Shown here: in pieces, positions 1 to 12,479 of the stretch
How positions within the stretch are numbered: the stretch's first letter is position 1
Layout of the letters: each line of letters starts with the position of its first letter
Assembly: GCA_026023565.1 (NCBI GenBank)
Contig: JAPETS010000005.1
Coordinates: 248,001-312,000, forward strand
Direction: 5' to 3'
Origin: Cirrosporium novae-zelandiae
Lineage: Eukaryota
Length of the DNA: 64,000 nt
The notes under the pieces: generated by a model
What the model saw: the letters and a program-made list of their open reading frames with translations, nothing else
Told to the model about the DNA's origin: nothing
Databases searched by the model: none
Position numbers and translations under genes: made by a program

Positions 1-963
1 CTAGCCAGGCTGCTTGCATGTCCACCCAGAGTCCAGTTTCTTGAGAAACAAGAAGGTAGTGTAGATGTTTTAGAGAGAGGGGATGATGGTGGAGGGGGTT
101 GGTTTCTCTTCTAGCTATGTAATCTTTTTTTTTTGGTCAAATACTACTAACATCAAAGCTATCAGTAAGTAGGATGTACTATGTGTATGTACGCATTCGT
201 TGGTAGGTCTCTATCTGTCCGTTAAGGAAACAATACATATTTTCAGGCTAGCTGCGTGGAATAAGGAAACCCCCCCACTTTCCCATTGTATTGGGGTTGG
301 GTGGTAGACTATCATGTTATATTATAATCCCCAAGGGCCCTCTTCTCCTCTCCGCAAAACTACTTCCCCTAGGATTAATGATATTGTAGATCTTGTAAAC
401 TTTTCCGGTTCATTTTGTACGCTAATTTTTTTTTTACTTTTTGGGGGGCTATTATACAGATTCTGCATAGAAACATGAATGAGATGAGGCCCTGGCTTCG
501 TTTTCCATGGCCTGACCTGAGTATTCTTGACAAGCAGGTATCTATCGCATCTCAAACCATGACTTCGAGAAGAAGAAGAAAAAAAAAAAAGAAAGAAAAA
601 AGACCATCTGGACTAAGAGCAAGTGTACCAAAGATAAAAAATTGTCGTTTGTGGAGTCTGATCCTCCTGAGATATAGATAAACCAGTTTGTGCCAAGTTC
701 AATCTACCGAGGCACTCATAGTTTCCTCCAATCCTCCTTGTCCCCTGCCTGCCTAGCAAACCATTAGTTTGTGAGTGAAAGATCAGAAGGGATGGAGGGA
801 GGGCCTTACAGAAATGATTTGAATTTTAAGAAAAAGCCGTGGAGTAGTTGTTCAAATCGCCCGAAAACCCATCTGACCAGATTCCGTAAACCTTGATCAA
901 CTAGACTCTGAGCCAAACGAGATGCTTGAATGCGTGGATGGTGTAGTGATATCTAGAAAGGCT

Positions 964-2535
964 TCATTTGATGCTTCTGGAGGCCCGGACACCTTTCCTC
1001 CCAAGCACTCTTGTGACCAAATCCTCTTTTCCTCGGGTCATGGAGTTTACCAAATCCCCTTTGATACTGCGGTGAATTTTTGAAGGCCAATAGTCAGGAT
1101 AGCCACGGTCGATGAATACCTTTTCGGCCTTGACGGTAGTGAGAGCTTGTAAGAACTTGTGATCGGTAGCCGCTACAGTTCTCTTTCCATGAAATCTCAT
1201 ATTAACAGTTTTAAGGCTTTTCCCGTACTTTCCAAGAAGTATGAGTAGGCTGAAAAGATGGTTGTCGTTTACAAAGCGGCGGTCATCGGCGAAGAGGCCT
1301 GGGGTATCGCTGATTGATGCGTCCTCAAAGTGAAGAGTGATGCTTCGAAGAAGACCGATGTTGCAGTTGTCGATATCACCAAGGAAGCGATAAACATCGG
1401 CCCATCCAACTTCAGTCCAGTTATTATCCCAGTAATTGCCACGACGACGAGCACACCTTTCTAGGTGAAAATGGTTTTCGCCATAGAGAATGGTGCGCCC
1501 CTCCTCATGAATTTGCTTGCAAGTGGCGAGAAAAGCGCTGCTCCGACTGAAGTTGGTACCACGACCGAAATCAACCTTTGTACCCTTGCCTCCAGCCATC
1601 AGCAGACGATAGACTTTGTTGCGCAACTCTGAGGGAAGCGATAGAAACCCAACTTTTGAAGATTTATCCTCTCCTACAACGGTGAAAACGTGCTTTATTG
1701 CTTGTGGAGCATGCAAAATGAATGACACGTTTTTGTCATCGAAAGTTTGAGACTTCTGTAGAACAAGCGACGCAAGGTCAAAATTGAGAACGATCCGACC
1801 AGAATATCCTTCAGGGAGCCCTCGACGAAGGTTCTCCACGATCAAATGGACTTGGGGCTCTTGTTCTGGCTGATCTTCCTCTGCACTGTACATGGTGATT
1901 GAGGCAATTTTTGCTGTTCCAAGCTCAAGTTGAGATGGAAGCTTCTTGAGCCTTTTGATTTCATGAGATTCTCCATCGTGATTCTTGCGTTTAGAGCCTG
2001 TAGGCTCCTCGTCGCTAGATTGAACAGTCATGGCGGCGATTGGAGGTGAGACTATGGTGAATGTTGTAATTGTGGAGTCACTGCTTGGGAGGCTGAGAGA
2101 GTTATGGTTGAAAGAGCGCCGAGCAAAGAGAGGTTTGGGAGGCATGGGGGCGAGGATAGGACTTGGGGACCGCTCACGTCTCTTGGTCTTATATTTATGC
2201 TGGTTCTTCATCATAGCTTTACGGACACTTCCCGGGGTATACTCTTCATCACTACTCTCCACGATCGTCTTCTTGTGCCTGCGGCCGGAACTGTAAAAGA
2301 CCTCTTCAACTTCATCAAAGTCAATGTTGCTCAGAAGGCTATCTGTATCTTTGCGAGAACTAAGAGAATCAAGGTCCTCGATATGTCTGTTCTTATGTAT
2401 GATGAAATCAATTGGCTCATTATATGTGATATTCACTAGGGCTTCATCATAATTCATGAAGCTCATCCCAGCGGACTCACTAGGAGCATTAAGCAAAAGT
2501 GAGTGCAACCGACTTGAACGTCGAAGGAGGTTCAT
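964..2535 (-). CDS. Fungal hypothetical protein with an F-box-like/DUF7730-like C-terminal domain
   Basis: 523-aa ORF with a disordered S/R/K-rich N-terminal half. It then has 'GFLSLPSELRNKVYRLL' and 'LATCKQIHEEGRTILYGENHF', a motif pair common in ascomycete F-box-like proteins. Start codon uncertain. Confidence 0.7.
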   Translation of the reverse strand: MNLLRRSSRLHSLLLNAPSESAGMSFMNYDEALVNITYNEPIDFIIHKNRHIEDLDSLSSRKDTDSLLSNIDFDEVEEVFYSSGRRHKKTIVESSDEEYTPGSVRKAMMKNQHKYKTKRRERSPSPILAPMPPKPLFARRSFNHNSLSLPSSDSTITTFTIVSPPIAAMTVQSSDEEPTGSKRKNHDGESHEIKRLKKLPSQLELGTAKIASITMYSAEEDQPEQEPQVHLIVENLRRGLPEGYSGRIVLNFDLASLVLQKSQTFDDKNVSFILHAPQAIKHVFTVVGEDKSSKVGFLSLPSELRNKVYRLLMAGGKGTKVDFGRGTNFSRSSAFLATCKQIHEEGRTILYGENHFHLERCARRRGNYWDNNWTEVGWADVYRFLGDIDNCNIGLLRSITLHFEDASISDTPGLFADDRRFVNDNHLFSLLILLGKYGKSLKTVNMRFHGKRTVAATDHKFLQALTTVKAEKVFIDRGYPDYWPSKIHRSIKGDLVNSMTRGKEDLVTRVLGRKGVRASRSIK

Positions 2536-3833
2536 CTTGTGAAACAGATGCCTTGACGTTTAGAGGGACGAATGGTTGTGTGAATAAGTAACGTAGGGTC
2601 ATTCATTCACTTCTATTTCCTGTCATTAGCGACTGTGTTGGCGTGGCTTTGTACGGGGTTGTATCATACCGTATTGTATAGCGGAAGAGTGAATGTAAAC
2701 GAATTTTGAGGAAATTGTAAGACTAAGAAGGTTCCGGTTGTTGTTATTGGCGATGGAAGGTGTAAGTCGGCTGAATTGGGAAATATGTACGCGATCGAAA
2801 ATGTTCTGCTCTGGTATTTAGCTTAGTGTTGAATGGCTAGATGATATATTACGAAGTCACTATAAACTCAATTTAAAATACGTTGAAGGTTTTATGGCTT
2901 AATCTTCAATCTTGTCTAGAGCATGTCCCTCGGAATTTCTAGAATACGGGTAGATAACTGGAATGTATCTGAAGACTATTTTTTCCTAATGCGCGTCGGA
3001 CAAAACACAGACATATTTACTATCAAACTCATTTTGTGGGAAATAGGCACTCACTTGAGACGAAAAGTATGGTACAGAAACATCTAAAATTGTTAGAGAC
3101 ATTTAAAATAAAAATTATGGGAAGTCGGTAACCATGAAAGGGGCAGGAAGTGATATTCTTTCTCTCCAGTCAGATCATAAAGACCTTCAACATGTCGAAT
3201 AATTATATTACTGGAGCGTATTATAAATTGGTTTTCATTAAAACAAGTAGAATGGAAATATAGTATTACTTTTATCCACCCATGCTATGTCTTTCAGGTA
3301 ATACGTGCACATACAGGCTAGGACATATGCCCAATAGTACATCAGCGTAATCCATGACACCGATATGCGGGGTGAATATTCAGAGATAGAGCATTGTGTT
3401 CAAATGGGAGCCATTTAGAAAGATAAAAAGCAATTAACATTCATGAAAAAGACACAACATATCCAATCAGACGGTTTCCTGTTCCTTTAAGGTGGTATGG
3501 GGACCCGGAACATATCAGCAGCGCCCACGTCGAAAGGACAAAAATCCCCCAAGTGAGTGCTGAAACTGGTGTGGAGGTCATCTCTTCATCTCGGATTTAG
3601 TTGTGTGAAGAGAAAAAAAGAAGTTTGGAGGTTTAGGCGGGGAGAGAGGATGAAATCCTTCGGTCGGTCGGAGCTGAAAGGAACACTAAACTACAATGGG
3701 ACTAAAGTAGGCATTCACGGTAGTCATAGATAGAAAAGATGATTATCCTCTGCAATAATTCAACAAAGCTTGTGATATTCCACTCTGGTTTTTGAATCCG
3801 AAGCATGGTGTGATTTTGTCTCTTCTTGCGCCA

Positions 3834-5651
3834 ATGACTTCAGTGCGCCCTTTGTTCTATGCTCACAGAGCTTCGAGAGCTTTCCTCTCCATCGCACACA
3901 GACCTGTGTGCCACAAACAATGTGCGGTGATTGGGCGGTTCAGATGGCCGTCGCAAAGGCAAGCCGTTTCCTCACTGGCCATTGAGGGCCAACAAAATGT
4001 AAGATATATTCATACGTCAATTTAAGCCATTACTAATATAGCTCTACAGCTTCTCGCTGCTCCTCTGGCAGATGCAGATAATGAAATATATGATATATTG
4101 CGGAAGGTTAGTAAATATCGATCGCATACTCCGAAGGAAGATTGTTAATTTCTTACATAGGAGAAACAACGTCAAAAGCATTTCATTAATCTAATCCCTT
4201 CCGAAAACTTTACGTCGCAAGCTGTCTTGGAAGCTCTGGGCAGTATTATGCAAAGTATGTCTAGATTGCTGGATATCTGTCAAGTGTGATACTGATGGAG
4301 GAGTTTTCAAGACAAGTACTCTGAGGGCTACCCTGGGGCTCGATATTATGGTGGAAACGAGCATATCGACGAAGCGGAGCGACTGTGCCAAAAACGGGCT
4401 CTTCAGACATTCGGTCTTAGTGAAGAAGAATGGGGAGTAAATGTTCAACGTGCGTACCACGTTTTCCACTTGGGGTAGCCTACTTACTGAACAAATATAG
4501 CTCTCTCTGGTTCTCCTGCTAACCTTTATGCATATTCTGCCCTATTAAATACCCATGAAAGAATCATGGGTCTTGACTTGCCCCATGGGGGCCATCTTTC
4601 GCATGGCTACCAGACAGCCACAAAGAAGATATCAATGGTTTCCAAATATTTCGAAACTCTACCATATCGATTAGATGAGTCCACTGGTCTGATTGATTAT
4701 GACAAGCTTGAAGAGCTTGCTACGCTATACCGACCTAAACTCATTGTTGCCGGCACATCCGCATATAGCCGACTCATTGAGTATGAGCGAATGCGGAATA
4801 TTGCAGATAAGGTAGGCGCATATCTACTCAGTGATATGGCACACATCTCTGGTCTGGTTGCAGCTGGTGTCATCCCATCTCCTTTCCCGCACTCTGATGT
4901 TGTTACCACAACAACCCATAAATCCTTACGCGGCCCTCGAGGCGCTATGATTTTCTTTAGAAAGGGGGTTAGGCGGATAAACAAAAAGACCGGAAAACCG
5001 CTGATGTATGATCTTGAAAACCCCATCAATGCTTCTGTATTTCCTGGCCACCAAGGTGGCCCTCACAACCATACAATCACAGCCTTAGCTGTTGCTCTAT
5101 ATCAGGCACAGTCTAAGGAGTTCAAGGAATATCAAAGAACAGTTTTGTTGAATGCCAAAGCCTTGGCAGACCGGCTTGGGAAACCAAAGGAGCAGGGTGG
5201 TTTAGGGTATACCATTGTCAGTGGCGGCACGGATAATCATCTCGTTCTTGTTGACTTGAAAGACAAGGGGGTTGATGGTGCTCGAGTGGAGAGGGTCCTA
5301 GAGCTTGTAGGGGTTGCAAGCAACAAAAATACGGTACCTGGAGATAAGTCTGCCATGAAACCAGGAGGTCTGCGTATGGGTTCACCAGCCATGACTACCC
5401 GCGGATTCCAACCAGACGATTTTGTCAGAGTGGCAGAGATTGTTGATCGAGCTGTAACCATCACACAAAGGTTAGATCCGACAGCAAAAGAATATGCTGA
5501 ATCCAATGGAAGAAAAAATCCAGGTAGTGTCAATGCTTTCCTGGAATATTTGAGTGAGCACCAGGATATAGCAGAGATTGTGCAACTACGTCGTGAAGTG
5601 GAGGAATGGGTTGGGACCTTCAGTCTTCCATGGATGAATGAAGATTTATGA
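3834..5651 (+). CDS. SHM1: Serine hydroxymethyltransferase, mitochondrial
   Basis: Exons 3834-3998, 4050-4106, 4161-4254, 4312-4449 and 4501-5651 splice in frame. Motifs: [35 protein letters not shown]-lysine [15 protein letters not shown]-rich N-terminal presequence. Confidence 0.96.
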
Positions 5652-6620
5652 GCTTTGACTTTAACTGTCCGTTGAATACCAATTTGACAACTGTATAACA
5701 TATTCCACCCGATTCACTATCGCAGAATTAACATATGAACTACAGTTGGGTTGAGTGGTCTCTTTCTCTCAAATTGGTAGATGATTATGATGGTAAAGTA
5801 GTAACAGTACATTCCATACTTTTGTGACAGTGGAGGAATTCTTCGTTGGTGGTATTGTATGGCATGACGATTGGATTTGGTTTCATGATTTCCAAAGACT
5901 ACATTAAGAGCATTACTTCAGCTTCGATGTGATCTACGTTGTGTCTCTCCTAAGATGTAATTTTTTATCAACTGAACCTTTCTTTGCATCTTCATATGTT
6001 CTTTGTCATACTTTCCCATACTCTAACAGCACACTCTCTGCCCGAAGCCTCATAGCCGTGGTGACCATCAAAATAATCTAAGTGATTATTGTGAAGGTGA
6101 GTTAATTACTTCATATTTGTTTATTTTTACCTCAGCGACGTGAGGAGTAATATCAAGCTCCTGCTCGGGATTACTATCGGAGATTTTTTTCTGGTCTAGA
6201 GTCCATTTTGTTCTCTGTGGCTGTAATTCTCCTCTCACTTCTGGATATTTATTTCACCCGACTAGATTTGCTCATCAACAGCGCTTATCATAAAGTCCAT
6301 GCTAATATCTCAACTTAAGCTCACCTCGCCCGCCAAAAGGGGTTTTAAGCATTCAAACCTCGACTCGATTAGTATGTACATCTCAACCACCGGGGTCATT
6401 TTCATCATACTGACACGAATGTAAAGGGAAACCCATAGTTTTCCTCAGTTTCCTTTTCGAATAAAACATTTCAATTACAATTTTATTTCTCACCCAGCTT
6501 AGGTACGTACATGGCCAAAATACTTCTGAAATGTACATTGCAGTTTTCGTAAATGAAAGATCGTGAAGATATTCGAAAGACCCGAGCAGAAGTCATGACT
6601 AATAGTTCATCAGAGTCACG

Positions 6621-7285
6621 ATGAACCCATACCTACTTATCCGCAAAAGCCTCCCAGAGGGATTCGATGACAGCTCGGACCCTTCCACAACCTCAGATGC
6701 TGCATCCTCTATTGTCAGCGGGACAACCGATTCAACCGGGGCAAACACTACTGCACTCTTCAACCCAACAGTGATGGTCATAATCATACTAGTTTCAATC
6801 ACCGGAGCAGCGGTTCTTTTCTTCTTGGGCTTGTGGGTTATCAGAAAATGGGTAAAGCCCCTCCTCCTTGATTTACTCGTAAAAAATTTTTTTTAATTCT
6901 TTTGTTACATATTTCTCATATGAGATACATGTTTATTTCTTTTCCTGGCTCTCTTCGTATTTTCGAAAAAGCCTCTCTCTCCGACCCTTGCCCCTTCTTT
7001 TTAGTTGTTGTTGTTGTTGTTGGGGAATTTCAAACTGAATGACTAATTAACCACCCCCCTTTTCTTTCCATATAGAACCGACACACCATGAAAAAGCGCA
7101 AGAAACAAGAGGAATGGGATGAGATGATTCGGAAGACAGACGAGCATGTCCAGCAGTACCGTATGAGACTCAATCTCAAAATCTACCAGTTGAACCATGC
7201 TGCCGCGGCTGCCTTGGATGCCGGGGACGAGGTTACGTTCAAGGAAGTTTCCAAAGAGCTCCGCCTCTACAGTGGGATGCGGTAG
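6621..7285 (+). CDS. Small single-pass membrane protein (146 aa), unknown function
   Basis: Exons 6621-6851 and 7076-7285 join in frame across a GTAAAG...ACTAAT...TAG intron. S/T/D-rich N-terminus, hydrophobic helix (VMVIIILVSITGAAVLFFLGLWVI), then a basic stop-transfer segment. Confidence 0.7.
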
Positions 7286-7585
7286 TTGGATAACACGATT
7301 TAGTATTGGCGGCACAAAACAAAACAAATATATTCGTTTGTTTAAGGCTCAGGCTATGAATTTGAATGATTGGCTGTCTATAAGGAGATGAAAACGTGGT
7401 TTCTCGTGGAAAAGGTGTTCTAAGGACGGATGAATGGATATACACGGGAAAGGCGGACGGATGACGGAGTCTATGGGGAAAGGTACATACACCATGTCAC
7501 AAACTATGAGCCTTTCGAGTTCATTTAGTGTGTACATTTGTGATAAGGCGACACTGTGATTAGTCATTTTCATAAAACCTGAGAT

Positions 7586-9313
7586 TTATTTCTCTACTTT
7601 CTCATCTGCCTTGCCCATCAAATACGCCGTAATACCCCATAACGCTTGAAATGCTTCGCTTCTATCACTTGGGCTCAACAGATCGAACCACCGGGAGCGG
7701 CAGATATCTAACTTCCCCCAATCCGGTGATGGCGGATGGCTCGGGGGTTCACCGCTGGTAAGGTATTCCATATATGCAAACGGTACTCGAAAATGAATGA
7801 TAGAGATGTGATGGTTCAGAGAAGAGACCATGTAAACATCATCAACATCACCAGAGGCCACGCCAATGCGTTGATATCTGACTCGTCGGTCCCAAAGCTC
7901 CATGGGTGGTTTCAGTGCTTCCCATCTGCTTCTTTTATTGACTCTAGTCGACTCCTTTGATCCCTCTTTGACTCCCACCTTCGATGCTTCATCGCTGTTC
8001 CCATTCGGATTCCCGACCTCCCCTCCAGATCCTCCACCCCAGCGTGGCGCTGTGGTCCACCATTGGCCTTCGCCAGGTTTTACTTCAGTATGTCCATCAC
8101 GACTCCGCTCCTGTGCGGTTAGCAAGGAGCTTGCAACCTCGCGGAGCAGGTCCAGCCTTTCCGCCTGTGCTTCGCCAGGCTTTTCGCCTTCGCTCTGAAA
8201 AGAAATCTCAGGTCGGCATTGAATAACCATCACAGGACCTTCCAGGATACCTCTCCGAGCTTGCTGGCGATCATTTGGCAGACGGTACACAACTGCAGTT
8301 TGTCGCACAGGAAAAAGGGTCTTATTGAGAGCTAGACGAGGTGGCAAGCGTGGCTGCGAGACCGAACAACCAAAAGCATATACAATACCTTGTATAAAGG
8401 CAATTACTGCATCCTCTCGGTATATCTCTGGCATCTCTGTCCCGTTGCCTAGCCGCCGACCTTTGTACACTAGTCTTGTATGCTTCTCTTCTCCATCGAC
8501 CTCCATTGCATTTTCATCTTTGCTTCTAGTCGGGTTTGAATCATTTGCCGCTTCCTCGTCCTCTATAGTATAATAATTGTCTGCACTAGAATCCCAATAT
8601 TGAGCCATTAGGAGGAGCTTCTCAAAGAAACTTCGGAAATATGCAAGCTTCCGCCTTGGTTTTCCCTCTGGGGGTGGCCGTCTTTGAACCACTCTCCATG
8701 CCTCATCGTTCTCTATCATTAACTCCGATACTCTCGTCTCAAAGTCAACTAGGTTTGGTGCTGGACGACCATTGGCCATTAAATATCGGACAGACTTTGG
8801 ATCGCCAGAGGTGATGGGCTGCAACGGCCCGGGGGGGCCTGGTATTGGAAGGGGAGGGATATAGGAAGTGCCATCTGGTCGAGACGGAGGCACCAAGTCC
8901 TGGATGTCCACATTTGCATGGATTGAGATTCCCAACGCCTCAGCATACTGTGCAGTAATATCTGAAGGCTTTCTGATGGAGTTGAACAAATTGATAAATT
9001 CATTATATGGTTTATCAGAGATGCTTGCTGGTTTAGGAATATACTCCGGAAAAGTTAGTGGCGTGGGCTCCCTCACAGGTTCTCGTTCCTTGTTGACATC
9101 GGTGGACTCTACATCGCCTGAAGATAGAGTTAGCGATAACTGATTATTCGAAGAAGAAAAAAACTTATAGCTACTGATATGCTGGAAAGCAGAGGCGTGG
9201 AAATGAGTTTGCCCGATTTCTCTTAGTCTTTCGAGGGGTTTTTCTAGACATCTCATCTTCTGGTACATCTTTTCCGGCGTTGAATTGGAACTAACAATGG
9301 AAGGTAGTTTCAT
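7586..9313 (-). CDS. Conserved-looking fungal hypothetical protein
   Basis: 575-aa uninterrupted ORF with globular-looking motifs (WWTTAPRWGGG, VYMVSSLNHHISI). No family recognised. Start uncertain. Confidence 0.75.
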   Translation of the reverse strand: MKLPSIVSSNSTPEKMYQKMRCLEKPLERLREIGQTHFHASAFQHISSYKFFSSSNNQLSLTLSSGDVESTDVNKEREPVREPTPLTFPEYIPKPASISDKPYNEFINLFNSIRKPSDITAQYAEALGISIHANVDIQDLVPPSRPDGTSYIPPLPIPGPPGPLQPITSGDPKSVRYLMANGRPAPNLVDFETRVSELMIENDEAWRVVQRRPPPEGKPRRKLAYFRSFFEKLLLMAQYWDSSADNYYTIEDEEAANDSNPTRSKDENAMEVDGEEKHTRLVYKGRRLGNGTEMPEIYREDAVIAFIQGIVYAFGCSVSQPRLPPRLALNKTLFPVRQTAVVYRLPNDRQQARRGILEGPVMVIQCRPEISFQSEGEKPGEAQAERLDLLREVASSLLTAQERSRDGHTEVKPGEGQWWTTAPRWGGGSGGEVGNPNGNSDEASKVGVKEGSKESTRVNKRSRWEALKPPMELWDRRVRYQRIGVASGDVDDVYMVSSLNHHISIIHFRVPFAYMEYLTSGEPPSHPPSPDWGKLDICRSRWFDLLSPSDRSEAFQALWGITAYLMGKADEKVEK

Positions 9314-10778
9314 GGATCCATCTTGAACGCTAGATTATATCTTCACCCAAAGCACAAGGATAGTACAGAAGATTTGAATCCCTCGAATTGACCTGGGATC
9401 TGCATAGATGGGTCGACATTGCATTTGCTCTTTTTCCCAGCATACCACGCCTAGACTGTCAAGAAGTGCACCTACCCAGAATAGACCAACTACCAAACAT
9501 GATTAACAAAAATTAGGAGTGAGTGCAACACCAAAGTCTATTACATCCCATGGTTATTTTGGATACTTGTACCAAGCAGACAAAAGAAGCTTCTCTCGTG
9601 TGGAAAGATGGAGCCGTGAGGGCTTCTCTCACGGGTAAAACTGGAAACGGAAGATCTCTGGAGGGTGAAGAAGGTATCAATTGGCGGTGATAAAAATATT
9701 TATTATCAACAATCAATAGTGTAACTATCTGTAGGAAGAGGAAAGTTATTGAAGAAAGATGGATAGTAAAGATTGTTGGAAGATAATAGAGGGGCTCTCG
9801 CACAAATCCAAGTGACAGGCTGAGAGATGTCCTGTCTGGTGCTTTCGCCGGAAGCCGTGATCCGCTAATTAATTAATTAATTAGTTCATAGCACACGGAG
9901 CATCACCCTGCTTGGAGTTTTTGTGACCGAAAACCCCAGAATCCCTGTGAGCTGTTAGCTATTTAGGTGGTTTACTATTACCACTGAAGTGAACCGTTTT
10001 GCGATCCGAACCTTCATCAAGAGAAATCAGGGCCTGGAGGGCCTTGGGGTCTTTGGGGGCTTGGAGGGCTCTGAAGCTTCAAGCCTCCCCGCACAACTAC
10101 AATGACATGCATGTTTCTCTTTTTATACTACCTATTTCAACTAGCTAACCAAAAAAATACTCATCAAGTATTTATCTTGTCTTCCCCTCTTCATATCCCA
10201 ACCCTTATCTTCCATTTCTCTTCGTAATCACCATTCATACACACCCTTGTATATATTTTTGTCATGCTTATTTATGATCCCTCAACTCCCACACAAACTT
10301 ATTGTTAACAAAATCAGGCCTACAACTAGGATTCCCACTTGATAGCCCCTCTTTTTTGTCCTACTTGTGGCACATCTATGATAAATACCCCCAAAGGTGA
10401 ACAGATCCTAGACGGACAATTGGTGATCAATGTATGTGCATGCTTATTTCGTTGTCCGGAAGACTGCCGATTTATTTGTATTGCTTTGGTGAGCGTTGTT
10501 GTTGACTTGGAGGGTGTTTTGCGGGATATTGTAGGTTTGTATGGTCAAGAGTGTCGATGTTGATGCGTTGAAACTCAAGAAGGTAGATATGACCTGGATG
10601 TGGAGACTGGGGTGGAATAGTATTCTCTCGTGGGAGCCATGGTGTAGGAGGCCACGAAGATTAGGTGGCTATATTAAGGAGGCTTTGGGTATTTGATGAT
10701 CCACATATAGTTAGCCAAATCATAGAAGATGTTGATAGGACACATTTCATCGATAGTAATAACTGTGATTCGGATTCA

Positions 10779-12323
10779 TTATTCATCAACATGTATATGA
10801 TCTTGTTGTATGTCGACCCCATTCAGATGGGGTTGCTCTCCGCTCTCTTCTTCCTTCCAAATCCGGACTGTTCTATCCAAGCCTCCAGTGACTAATGATC
10901 GCTCGGTGGGATGTGTGTCCACCCCCAAAACAACATCTCTATGCCCTTCCAACTTCTGCAGTATCTTCTTGCTAGAAACATCCCACAAAAAGATGCTTCC
11001 ATCTTCACTCCCAGATGCAGCAAACGCCTCGTCCCTACATACTCCATATCTTCCGAAAGCTCCCCCAATACTGTACTTGACATTCTTGTGTCCCTGGTAT
11101 GTTTTCACGCACCGCCCCTCAACGTAATTCCACAGCCTCACGCATGAATCCAATGTCCATGCAAGTACATACTTTCCATTTGGGCTGAATTTTACATTCG
11201 TTACAGGCGCGTTATCCTCATGGACGAGTGTGCGTAGGCATTGACCGGTGTAAGGATCCCAGATACGGATAAGCCCATCGCTAGCGCAACTGGCGACTAG
11301 GGTGCCGTCGTGAATGAAGTCAATGCCCCCGACGGGATCGGAATGCGCAGGCAGCGAGCGAAGGACGTGGGCAGAGCGGACATCCCAGAGGAAGACGGCT
11401 TCGTCGTAAGAGCCGCTGGCAATCATGTTTCCCTTTGGGGAGAATGAAAGACTGTAGACATAGTTGGAATGGCCTAGAAAGGGAACTGGATGGGCACGGC
11501 CCTGAGAGGGAGGTAAGGGTCTAGTTTATTGTGCGTGTAGGATTCAGATTTAGGGTTGATAGGGGTCTTACTGTTGTTATGTCCCAGAGACGGATGGATT
11601 TGTCGTCAGAGGCAGAGGCGATCATCTTAGAGTCGGGACTCCAGGATATAGCAGAAATTCCAGTTAGATGACCTTCGAAGGTTTCTGTGTGTTGACCGGT
11701 ATGTGCATCCCATATTCGTATCGAAGCGTCAGCAGCTATGGAAATTAGCTTCATCAGATATCAGAAGAGCACGTTGGATGTGAGACCAACATACAACAAC
11801 TTGCAATCCAATGTCCATCCGGTGAATACTTTATTGCCGATACTCCCTTCTTATGTCCTCGCAAAGTCCAAATAGGACGGTAATTTAGATGTTCCGGTTT
11901 GGTAGAAGAAGTAGGGTCTAAAGCAGGGCGTTGGATAGGTGTCACATTTGATTCTTCCATTTCAGGGTCGTATTCATCCCTCTCCACTCTGGAAGGGGGC
12001 TCAGAAGATCCTTGTCGCGAGCCATATCTGTAGAAAGTGCCATCATGGTTACGATGACCATTTCGCTCATCTTGACTGTCCTCGCCTGACCTATCAAGAT
12101 AGCCATTATCTCTTGGCAGTAAACCAACGGCGTTTGTCTCAAGGTAATCATTATGCTGTGGGCTTGAGGCTTGTTCGAGATCCGATTGTAGGCCGAAATC
12201 ACGAGGGGAATCGTAGGTATGTGGAGGTAAGTTCTGATCGTAGGTCGGCTCTGCTATGCGACGGCGTTTAGGAGATCTTGGAGAGGAGGCTGGGGTATCA
12301 GAAGGAGATGCAATAGTAGCCAT
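10779..12323 (-). CDS. SWD3: WD40-repeat protein, WDR5/Swd3 (COMPASS subunit)
   Basis: Exons 12323-11795, 11735-11572 and 11501-10779. WD repeats include WDR5-like 'LPAHSDPV', 'GQCLRTL', 'VKFSPNGKYVLAWTLDSCVRLW' and 'CVKTYQGHKNVKY'. Confidence 0.9.
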
Positions 12324-12479
12324 TTTGTTGGTGTAAAGAGATGAAAACTCTTATGTAAGGAAATGGAAGGAATAAAGTACACAGCTCCTCGGTATTAAAA
12401 ATATACTTCCAAGGGCGGACCCCAGATAATTAATTTAAATTTAAGGTTGTTTAAAATAGGTAATTACCAAGTATGTCAA

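Noticed and set aside
415..681. 88-aa ORF with RRRRKKKKKEK
   Set aside because: The basic run comes from an A-homopolymer and the N-terminus from a T-tract. It lies in the probable 3' UTR of the opposite-strand gene and has no recognisable domain.
9865..9884. Perfect 20-bp palindrome CTAATTAATTAATTAATTAG
   Set aside because: Explained as an (AATT)n microsatellite, which is self-complementary by nature.
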